A stretch of 64,000 nt of DNA, taken from NCBI GenBank assembly GCA_037141135.1, contig JBAXDB010000001.1, forward strand, positions 9,191-73,190. Reading direction: 5' to 3'. The DNA is from a bacterium. GTDB lineage: Bacteria > Verrucomicrobiota > Kiritimatiellia > CAIKKV01 > CAITUY01. Positions 37,728 to 45,362 of the stretch are shown here, in pieces. Below the pieces are notes generated by a model. That model saw only the letters and a program-made list of their open reading frames with translations. It had not been told where the DNA came from and did no database searches. The translations under genes were made by a program, and so were the position numbers. How positions within the stretch are numbered: position 1 is the first letter of the stretch; each line of letters starts with the position of its first letter.

Positions 37728-38918
37728 ATGAAAATCATCTGCGCGACAAATATGCCGTTTGCGATGGAAGCTTTCAGCACCCTGGGGGACACCCGCATTC
37801 TGGAAGGCCGTCATATCAAGCCGGAGGATGTGCGGGAGACGGAGATTCTGGCGCTGCGATCCACTACAAAGGTTAATCGCGAACTACTTGAGGGGAGCAA
37901 GGTCCGGTTTGTTGGCACTGCGACGATCGGGACGGACCACCTCGATATCGCCTATTTTGATAAGGCGGGCATCAAATGGTGTTATGCGCCGGGGTGTAAT
38001 GCCAATAGCGTTTCTGAATATGTAACCGCCGCCTTGCTGTATCTGGCCTGCAAGCATGGGTTCACACTGCGCGGGAAAACCATAGGCGTCATCGGGGTTG
38101 GCAATGTGGGGCGACTTGTGGTGCAGAAGGCACGGGCATTGGGGATGCGGGTTTTGCTGAATGATCCGCCGAGGGAGAGAGCGGAAGCCAGTGGGCAGTG
38201 GGCAGTGAGCAGTGGGCAAAATGGTGAGGAGGCACCCCACTTTGTCAGCTTGGATCAGGTGTTGGCGGAGGCGGATATCATTACGGTGCATGTGCCGCTG
38301 ACCAAAGAAGGGCCGGATAAGACGATTCATCTGGCTGATGCGGCATTTTTCAAGCGGGCAAAAAAGGGGCTTATTTTCCTGAATGCAGCGCGGGGCCCGG
38401 TGGTGGATTCGTCTGCCTTGATCCACGCCTTGGATGAAGGACAGGTCAGCCATGTTATTCTGGACACATGGGAAGGGGAGCCCAATTACCGCCTGAATGT
38501 ATTGGCGCATGTTGATATTGCAACCCCCCATATTGCGGGACATTCCTTTGAAGGCAAGGTGATGGGGACGGTCATAGTTTACCGCGAAGTCTGCAAGTTC
38601 CTGGGGGTTCCGGCGACATGGTCTCATGAGTCCCTGATGCCGCCCCCCTTGGTGCCTGAAGTCAGGGTGGACGTTGCCGGGCGCGACGACCAGTCGGTTT
38701 TACGTGAGGTGGTACGGCAGGTTTATGACCTTGAAGGTGATGATCGCCGGTTCCGGGAATCCGCTGTGCTCGATGAAAAAACAAGAATGAAGAATTTCGA
38801 CCATTTACGCAGCAATTACCCTGAACGGCGGGAGTTTCAGTACACCAAGGTGAAACTGAATGGTGGGAGTAATGATTTGCGTTGTGCATTTACTGGCCTT
38901 GGCTTTAAAGTGATCTGA
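37728..38918 (+). CDS. pdxB: erythronate-4-phosphate dehydrogenase (PdxB; D-2-hydroxyacid dehydrogenase fold plus PdxB C-terminal domain) carrying an in-frame heptamer-repeat insertion
   Basis: MKIICATNMPF aligns to the E. coli PdxB N-terminus. GVIGVGNVGRLV is the NAD Rossmann motif. The start is chosen at the ATG at 37728; the ORF track extends to a GTG at 37683. Confidence 0.75.
   Translation: MKIICATNMPFAMEAFSTLGDTRILEGRHIKPEDVRETEILALRSTTKVNRELLEGSKVRFVGTATIGTDHLDIAYFDKAGIKWCYAPGCNANSVSEYVTAALLYLACKHGFTLRGKTIGVIGVGNVGRLVVQKARALGMRVLLNDPPRERAEASGQWAVSSGQNGEEAPHFVSLDQVLAEADIITVHVPLTKEGPDKTIHLADAAFFKRAKKGLIFLNAARGPVVDSSALIHALDEGQVSHVILDTWEGEPNYRLNVLAHVDIATPHIAGHSFEGKVMGTVIVYREVCKFLGVPATWSHESLMPPPLVPEVRVDVAGRDDQSVLREVVRQVYDLEGDDRRFRESAVLDEKTRMKNFDHLRSNYPERREFQYTKVKLNGGSNDLRCAFTGLGFKVI
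38189..38220. repeat. tandem CAGTGGG-type heptamers x4.5 inside the pdxB CDS (encodes ASGQWAVSSGQNG)
   Basis: cagtggg cagtggg cagtgag cagtggg caaa. Confidence 0.7.
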
Positions 38919-38925
38919 ATCTCTT

Positions 38926-40188
38926 ATGAACGCGATCATTCTATCGATTGGTGATGAGCTAATTCTCGGGCAGACCTTGGACTCCAATTCCGCCTGGTTA
39001 AGTTCCCGTTTGGCTGATCGCGGTATTATCCCCTTATATCATAAAACGATAGCTGACAATCTGGACGCCACTGTTAGTGCCCTGCGACTAGCCTGTGAAG
39101 AGACGGATTTGGTGATTGTTACAGGTGGGTTGGGGCCGACGATGGATGATCTTACCCGGCAGGCGTTTGCTGCCATGATCAATAAACCCCTGGATTTGCA
39201 TCCTCCATCACTGGAGCGGATGCGTGCCTTTTTTAAGCAGCTTGGGCGCGATATGCCGGCATCAAATCGAATCCAAGCCCATGTTCCACGAGGCGCGGAA
39301 GTCCTTGATAATGACTGGGGAACGGCGCCGGGTATCAAACTTAAAGTTGGGAAAACGTTGCTTTTTGCATTACCCGGTGTGCCCATCGAGATGGAAAAGA
39401 TGGCTGAGCGTTATATTTTCCCTCTTTTCGAGCGGAGTTCCGGCAGCGTCGTAGTGGTGGAGTCGCTCTCCACCTTCGGTGCAGGGGAATCTGTGGTTGC
39501 CGAGAAATTGGGTGAAATCATGCGGCGTGATCGCAATCCGCTGGTGGGGACAACCGTTTCCGGCGGGGTGGTGACGATCCGGCTGCGGAGTGAGGCGCCT
39601 ACATCCGATTTGGCGCAGAAACAACTTACCCGGACGGTTGCGCTGGTGAAGGAGCGGCTGGGGGTACTTGTTTTTGCTGAAGGGAAGCAGACGTTAGCAG
39701 AAGTTGTGGGGCAATTGGCGAAGGCAAAATCCAAGCGTCTGGTCACCGCTGAAAGCTGTACCGGCGGGTTGGTGGGCAAGATGCTGTCTGACGTTCCGGG
39801 AGCCAGTGCCTGGTTTGATGGCGGGTGGGTGACGTATTCAGATGCCATGAAGGTCCAGGCACTGTCAGTTCCAGCCACGTTAATTGAGCAGGGAGGGGCC
39901 GTGAGTGAATCGGTTGCCTGCGCGATGGCGGAGGGGGCTCTGAAGAAATCAACGGCTGATTTATCGGCGGCGCTGACAGGTGTTGCCGGTCCGGATGGTG
40001 GGACTGAGGAGAAGCCTGTAGGAATGGTCTGGATCGCCATTGGGTGCAGGCATGGGGCACGGATTGAGACCAAGGCCGAGTGCTTTCGATTTCCTGGCGG
40101 TCGTGAGATGATACGTGACCGGGCCGCCAAAACCGCTCTCAATTTGCTGCGCCTTGAACTGCTGAAAGTCGTTGGTTACCGGTTGTAA
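38926..40188 (+). CDS. cinA: competence/damage-inducible protein CinA (MoCF-like domain plus PncC nicotinamide-nucleotide amidohydrolase domain)
   Basis: MNAIILSIGDELILGQTLDSNSAWL is the CinA N-terminus, and the C-terminal CinA/PncC domain is TAESCTGGL. Confidence 0.85.
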   Translation: MNAIILSIGDELILGQTLDSNSAWLSSRLADRGIIPLYHKTIADNLDATVSALRLACEETDLVIVTGGLGPTMDDLTRQAFAAMINKPLDLHPPSLERMRAFFKQLGRDMPASNRIQAHVPRGAEVLDNDWGTAPGIKLKVGKTLLFALPGVPIEMEKMAERYIFPLFERSSGSVVVVESLSTFGAGESVVAEKLGEIMRRDRNPLVGTTVSGGVVTIRLRSEAPTSDLAQKQLTRTVALVKERLGVLVFAEGKQTLAEVVGQLAKAKSKRLVTAESCTGGLVGKMLSDVPGASAWFDGGWVTYSDAMKVQALSVPATLIEQGGAVSESVACAMAEGALKKSTADLSAALTGVAGPDGGTEEKPVGMVWIAIGCRHGARIETKAECFRFPGGREMIRDRAAKTALNLLRLELLKVVGYRL

Positions 40189-41698
40189 CACTGTTGCTGC
40201 GCAGAGGACCAACGGCAGGGGTTGGTTTGCGGTGTTCCCGTTTCGGGATGCCGTAAAGCATGGCGATCCGGCGATTGGCTTCCGGGAGCATGGCTTTATC
40301 CATCACAAGATCCAGTCCCAGGCTTTTTAGCCGAATGCGGGTGATTCCTTCATCTTGATCCCGGATGGCAAAGACGTCCTTCATACTTGTCACCGGCTTG
40401 TTGTTGAGTTGGGTGACCAACTCATCGCGAATTTCCTGATATCCGACATTGATTGGATCTGGAAGGACGCCGGTGAGGATGATGACCCGCTCGCCTGGTT
40501 TGGTGGGGGCCTGCGCACGTGTCAGGTAAAGATCGACCAGGCGCGGGTTGGATCGAACCATCCACTGCGCTCCGTAGGCGAGTAGATAATCGGCAGAAAG
40601 CTCCCGGAAGATAAAGCCGCCTTCCACGAGATATTCGGCCTGTTCACCCTCAATATTCAGTGGAACCAGGGATTTTGAGTCGCTATAGGCGTCCAGCTTG
40701 AGTTGCACCTCTTCACTTTTCTTGTTTCGCCAGCGTGTGATGGTGATGATATCGCCGGGGTGCCGGCGGCCGGATATTTGATGGATCAGAACCAGTCGCC
40801 CGAAGTCTGGATCGGTATAATACCCCTGCGAATCAACGGCGTATCCATCCCATTTCAATATGACATCTCCTGACTGCAGAACAGCAGCAGCACCGCTCCC
40901 GGGAATGGTTCTCAAGACCAGTACACCTTGGCGGTCATCGGTGAGTCCATAAAACTTCCGGGCGGCCGGAGCGACCAGGGGAGCCCAGGTCATCCCGGCA
41001 ATCGCAATGCCGCGATAGGGTGGGGCGCTGACATCATCGACGAACCGTTTCAGGATGGCGGTCGGCAGCACTAGACTGGTCTGGGTGGCGTCGTCATATT
41101 CCATGATCAGACCGGCCAACTTTCCCTCGTGGTAGGCAGGTGACCCCACACGCTCCAGTTTGAGGTCGGTCAGGGCTTGAAAGGTTAAAATGCTGAGGGG
41201 CGCATTGGGAAGTTGCGCGATCTGAATCGCGGTAATTCGGCCTTCCCCGCTTTGCTGCTGGCCCGCCGCGTCGAATTGAACGAGTTGGATTTTGGCGCCC
41301 GTCCTGAGGGGGGCACCCCACTGGACCGGGACATAGCCAGTGGTTGGGGCCGCCAACAGGGCGGCATTGATCCGGGGATCGGCTTCAATCACCCGGGCCG
41401 TGGTTTTGCTGGCACCGCCAGGAGGCTGTATCTCTATCAGTGTGGCATTTCTGACGAGATCCTCGGTGGTGATCAACTGGCCGTCCGTGATAACGATTCC
41501 ATAGCCGGTACGTGATTCCGGACGGGCTTTTTTCCATGGAAAATGGGAGTCAAATTTCTGGACGGTGACCAGGACTTCGACCACGCTGGCGGGAAGGCTG
41601 TTGGTTTCGGCCCGGGTCGCCGGAGTGATCAACACCGCCAGACCCAGCGCTAAAACCGTTTGTCTTATAAATTGAGAGATGTGCGAGGTGAGTTTCAT
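40139..41698 (-). CDS. S1C protease-like pseudoenzyme with PDZ domain; a paralog of the upstream DEG/Nma111-like protease that has lost the His/Asp/Ser triad
   Basis: It is clearly homologous to the protein at 41698..43221 (SVVEVLVTVQKFDSHFPW versus SVVKIFVTVQQEDFRQPW). TNAHVV is replaced by TTEDLV, DIAVL by INAALL, and GNSGGP is absent. It has a signal peptide. The start overlaps the upstream stop (TAATG). Confidence 0.7.
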   Translation of the reverse strand: MKLTSHISQFIRQTVLALGLAVLITPATRAETNSLPASVVEVLVTVQKFDSHFPWKKARPESRTGYGIVITDGQLITTEDLVRNATLIEIQPPGGASKTTARVIEADPRINAALLAAPTTGYVPVQWGAPLRTGAKIQLVQFDAAGQQQSGEGRITAIQIAQLPNAPLSILTFQALTDLKLERVGSPAYHEGKLAGLIMEYDDATQTSLVLPTAILKRFVDDVSAPPYRGIAIAGMTWAPLVAPAARKFYGLTDDRQGVLVLRTIPGSGAAAVLQSGDVILKWDGYAVDSQGYYTDPDFGRLVLIHQISGRRHPGDIITITRWRNKKSEEVQLKLDAYSDSKSLVPLNIEGEQAEYLVEGGFIFRELSADYLLAYGAQWMVRSNPRLVDLYLTRAQAPTKPGERVIILTGVLPDPINVGYQEIRDELVTQLNNKPVTSMKDVFAIRDQDEGITRIRLKSLGLDLVMDKAMLPEANRRIAMLYGIPKREHRKPTPAVGPLRSNSVTTGNQRLSAVQGAAN

Positions 41699-43221
41699 TA
41701 CTTGGACTCCTGCGACTGGACATGACTGAAGGCGGGAATGCTGTATTGCGGCAGAATCTGGGCATCAGCGTCCACGGTTTGGGTGGCATCCATGATCAGG
41801 GGATCATCCCGTCCTTCAAACCGGAACACGTGGAAGCCCTGCGATGTTTTTTTCAAGGCCTCTGGAATATCGCTGATGTTACGGATGGGCTGACCATTGA
41901 TCGAGGCTAGAATCTGGTTGAAGTGACTGGCGCAATAAGTGTTGATGGGATGAGGAAGGCGGCCGGTGAGCAGGACGAACTGGGTGCGGTCCTTAATCAG
42001 GTTATCCAGTTTGGCATAGCGAGCGGTGTAGAGCAGGTGTTGGGCTGCCGGGGTATTGAGTTCGGCGCCAAGGGTGGCCAGATAACCGCGACTGAGCGGG
42101 GAAAATATCAGACCGCCGACAATATAGTATTCCGACTTTTCGTCGTAGGTTTGACGAAAGATGAAGAGATCCGGCTTGCGCTTGAGTGGAACCACGATGG
42201 CGAGCGTATTATCCTCGCGCCAGATGGTGAAGTTTATGGTCTCGGTGCACTGTTTGCGCTCGATGAATTCACTATATTCAACGCTATTGCCATCCAGCCG
42301 GACCGAGCCGTCGTTGGCAATGGAGTGGCCGTCAATGGAAAGCAGGACGTCGCGTGGCTTGAGCAGGCCTGCGGCGGCGCCATAGGGATCCACATTGGCA
42401 ACTACCACGCCGCTTGCGCTGGCGGGAAGCTTGAGATTGGCGCGCAGTGCCGGGTTTTCCGTGCGCAGATAATCAACTCCCATTTCCGGATAACCATCAT
42501 AAACGCCGTCTTCAATATCTTTTAGAAAGTGCTCAATCACGGGAAGGGGGATGGTGTAGCCGATGTTTTGAGCGCCGACAATTCCCTGGAAGGCAATGCC
42601 AATCACCTTATTATTGAAGAGGACCGGCCCGCCGCTGTTACCGGGATTAATGGCGGCATCCACCTGCATTACAAGATGTGAATCGATGGAACTGTGGGTA
42701 TAGAGGTTGTAGTCAATCCGGGAAACGACGCCCTTGGTGAGGGAAAGTCGACCGCCTCCCATTGGATAGCCGAGCACAATCACGGCGTCATTTAAACTGG
42801 GGAGGGTGGAGCCGAATGTCAGGGGTTTGGTCCCCTCAAAAAACGATTCATCTTTAACTTCCAGCACGGCGATGTCGCAGTCGTGGGCGATAAAGCGAAC
42901 CTTGGCCGGGAATTTCCTGGTATCGCCTTCTCGCTGCACCTCGATAAAGCGTGCATCGGAGACAACGTGGGCGTTGGTCAGCAGGCGTTTCCCTTTAATG
43001 ATAAAGCCTGAGCCGCTGCCGCTCATAGGCGGGCTGGACTGCCATGGTTGACGAAAATCCTCCTGTTGCACAGTAACGAATATTTTGACAACAGATTGGC
43101 GCTGCTGGTCAATCCCTGCGATGCTTGCAAAGGGGAGGCCCATGGCGACGGCCAGTAGAAGACCCCGGAGGTTATTATAACGAAGATGTTTTGATAATTG
43201 CATGGGTGCGACAATATCCAA
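41698..43221 (-). CDS. trypsin-like S1C serine protease with PDZ domain, DEG2/DEG9/Nma111-like
   Basis: TNAHVV (His), DCDIAVL (Asp) and GNSGGPVL (Ser) are present. KVIGIAFQG...NIGYTIP..IEHFL is characteristic of plant DEG2-type and yeast Nma111-type proteases. It has a signal peptide. Confidence 0.75.
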   Translation of the reverse strand: MDIVAPMQLSKHLRYNNLRGLLLAVAMGLPFASIAGIDQQRQSVVKIFVTVQQEDFRQPWQSSPPMSGSGSGFIIKGKRLLTNAHVVSDARFIEVQREGDTRKFPAKVRFIAHDCDIAVLEVKDESFFEGTKPLTFGSTLPSLNDAVIVLGYPMGGGRLSLTKGVVSRIDYNLYTHSSIDSHLVMQVDAAINPGNSGGPVLFNNKVIGIAFQGIVGAQNIGYTIPLPVIEHFLKDIEDGVYDGYPEMGVDYLRTENPALRANLKLPASASGVVVANVDPYGAAAGLLKPRDVLLSIDGHSIANDGSVRLDGNSVEYSEFIERKQCTETINFTIWREDNTLAIVVPLKRKPDLFIFRQTYDEKSEYYIVGGLIFSPLSRGYLATLGAELNTPAAQHLLYTARYAKLDNLIKDRTQFVLLTGRLPHPINTYCASHFNQILASINGQPIRNISDIPEALKKTSQGFHVFRFEGRDDPLIMDATQTVDADAQILPQYSIPAFSHVQSQESK

Positions 43222-43394
43222 TCACTCAAAGGCTGTACAGAGGAATGACGCTTACTTAAGGTAATTTTCCGCACAACCAACCCCTAACCCCTCCAAGGAT
43301 GGGATCCATCCTATCCAACACATGGTGGTTGGCACTAAACAACTCATTAATCTGGTGCGGTATTAATGGCCACTGATGTACAGACTCCGTAAAT

Positions 43395-45143
43395 TCAGAA
43401 AAAGGCAGCCGTAAGGATAGCCTCGGCTGCGTTTGTCCAGGTCTTTGAGATTGCCCGGCCTTTCGGCAGTTGAATCATCAGCCGCCGGGAGGCTATTTTG
43501 TTTGCAAGCGAGACCGAGGCATACCGGTCAATCAGATGCGGTGGGGCGTGGTGAATGATGGCAATCAGGTTATCCAACAAATCCAAAGGTTCTTCGGTTT
43601 GCGGAACCAGTACAAATTGAAAAAGGTTGTCCGGTAATGTCCGCATGGCCTGCTGGATGAATTTCGTGAGGGGTGCCCGCTGTGTGAACAGGTCAGGTCC
43701 TTTGAAAAGAAAAGCCCGGCGGGTTTGAGTGCCTGAAAGTTTTTCCTTCCCGTGGTCCGTTACTGTGATTTGTTCGGGAAAAAGGTCGAGCTTCCTTCCG
43801 ATGAATTGCGGAGTGGGCACATCCGAGCGGAGTTTGGGGTGCCGGGCGACAAAAGTTTCAATAGCCTGAAAGGCCGGGTGATCCATGCTGGACGTTTTTG
43901 TCACTGCATAAGGGGGGAGGGGCAGCGATTGGATACCCCACTCATGTTGCCGGTCTCTCAATTCGGTGCCTGGCAGGAGCAGGGTTTGCAGGCATTGGAT
44001 GTTGGTGCTTCTCAATTTGAGTGCCCATCTCAATGACTCCTTGACCTCTTCGACTCGCTGAAGCGGGAGCCCATACATGATGTCCACGGTAACTTTGATG
44101 CCGCGTCGGGTCAAGAGGTTGATCCCCGCATCCAACCGGGACAGGGTGGTCGGGCGGCGGATAGCCTTGAGAACGGTGGCATCCCGGCTTTGCACACCGA
44201 CTTCAATCTCCACAAAATGGGCGGCAACCATCAGGCCGGCCTCTTCCGTGGTCAAACGACTGGCATTGAGTTCGGCAAAAAAGGAGAGGGCGCCGTCCTT
44301 ATTGAAGGCGGCAAGTCGGGTCAGAATCTCATGGAATCTGGGATGGGCATTAAAGGTGGGATCCACAAAGCGGATTTCGCGGGCTCCGATTTTTTTCAAG
44401 GCGTCAATTCGTGCCATGATGGCGTCGGGGTTAAGAAACGACATGGAACGGCGCAGGTGCGGGTAGCGGCAGTAAGTGCAGCGCATGGGACAGCCCCGCG
44501 AGGTTTCCAGGTAGGCCATGCCCTTGGCGTCAGGCCGGCAGGCGGCATGGCCGGGTGGTGGGATTTGGTGCGACAGTTCGACGGGACGGGGGATGGTATG
44601 CCCCCAGCGGTAGCCTTTGGGTGTCCGGAGCGCGACAGAGGAATAATTCACCGGTTTTCGGGTTCGGAAGGACCGGAGCAAGGCGGGAAAAACCACCTCT
44701 CCTTCGCCAACCGTGATGGCGTCGGCAATGGTTTTTTTGAACAGGAATGGATGCGAATAGGCCGCCTCGGGCCCGCCCAAAAGGATGCGGGTATGAGGGC
44801 GGTGCTTTTTCAAGGCCTGCATCAAACGCAGGGTTCTTTCAATGTTCCAGAGATACATGGTGCAGGCGATGAGGTCGGGCTTTCTGATGAGAATCTCCGC
44901 AAGCATGGTCGGATTGTCATGTGAGCAAGCAGTGGCGGGAAGCTGGAGAAATTCATAGTAAGCATCTTCCCCCGCCCGTTCGGCCGCGTATTGTAGATAG
45001 GTGGCAGCAAGTGGGATGTTTTCAGTATCCCCATGAATATCATTATCCAATTGGGGTAGCTGGAGAAATAAGATTTTCTTGCGTTGTGCCATAGCCGTGC
45101 TTTTAGCATTGGCCATTGAGAATGGCAAGGAGGGGTAGGACAT
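43395..45143 (-). CDS. B12-binding domain radical SAM protein (class B radical SAM) with ~200 aa C-terminal extension
   Basis: An N-terminal B12-binding-like domain is followed by CPMRCTYCRY (CxxxCxxC). The start is uncertain: 45143, or the internal Met at 45116 or 45092. Confidence 0.7.
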   Translation of the reverse strand: MSYPSLPFSMANAKSTAMAQRKKILFLQLPQLDNDIHGDTENIPLAATYLQYAAERAGEDAYYEFLQLPATACSHDNPTMLAEILIRKPDLIACTMYLWNIERTLRLMQALKKHRPHTRILLGGPEAAYSHPFLFKKTIADAITVGEGEVVFPALLRSFRTRKPVNYSSVALRTPKGYRWGHTIPRPVELSHQIPPPGHAACRPDAKGMAYLETSRGCPMRCTYCRYPHLRRSMSFLNPDAIMARIDALKKIGAREIRFVDPTFNAHPRFHEILTRLAAFNKDGALSFFAELNASRLTTEEAGLMVAAHFVEIEVGVQSRDATVLKAIRRPTTLSRLDAGINLLTRRGIKVTVDIMYGLPLQRVEEVKESLRWALKLRSTNIQCLQTLLLPGTELRDRQHEWGIQSLPLPPYAVTKTSSMDHPAFQAIETFVARHPKLRSDVPTPQFIGRKLDLFPEQITVTDHGKEKLSGTQTRRAFLFKGPDLFTQRAPLTKFIQQAMRTLPDNLFQFVLVPQTEEPLDLLDNLIAIIHHAPPHLIDRYASVSLANKIASRRLMIQLPKGRAISKTWTNAAEAILTAAFF

Positions 45144-45160
45144 TTAAATCCGAGAATAAG

Positions 45161-45251
45161 CACCCTCACCCCAGCCCTCCCCTGAAGGGAGAGGGGTTGG
45201 GACCTCCAATCTTACCTCGCCCCTTGGGGGAGAGGACTAAGGTGAGGGGTA
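45161..45251. repeat. REP-like GC-rich palindromic element, two inverted units (caCCCTCaCCCcagCCCTCCCCTgAAGGGAGAGGGG ... ACCTCGCCCCTTGGGGGAGAGGACTAAGGTGAGGGGT)
   Basis: It is intergenic between divergent genes. The same ~37-nt unit recurs at 52251..52287 and 60415..60451. Confidence 0.7.
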
Positions 45252-45362
45252 TCGAATGCAAAATCTTGAAGTTGTGTAAATTGTGTCGATTATGATAGAA
45301 AAGATATTTCGTTATGTGGTTACGAGGAAGAGTTATCAAACAGCCGAAGGGATAATGCGAGC

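Noticed and set aside
37884-38627. 247-aa minus-strand ORF
   Set aside because: It is antisense to pdxB.
39411-40142. 243-aa minus-strand ORF
   Set aside because: It is antisense to cinA and the product is low-complexity.
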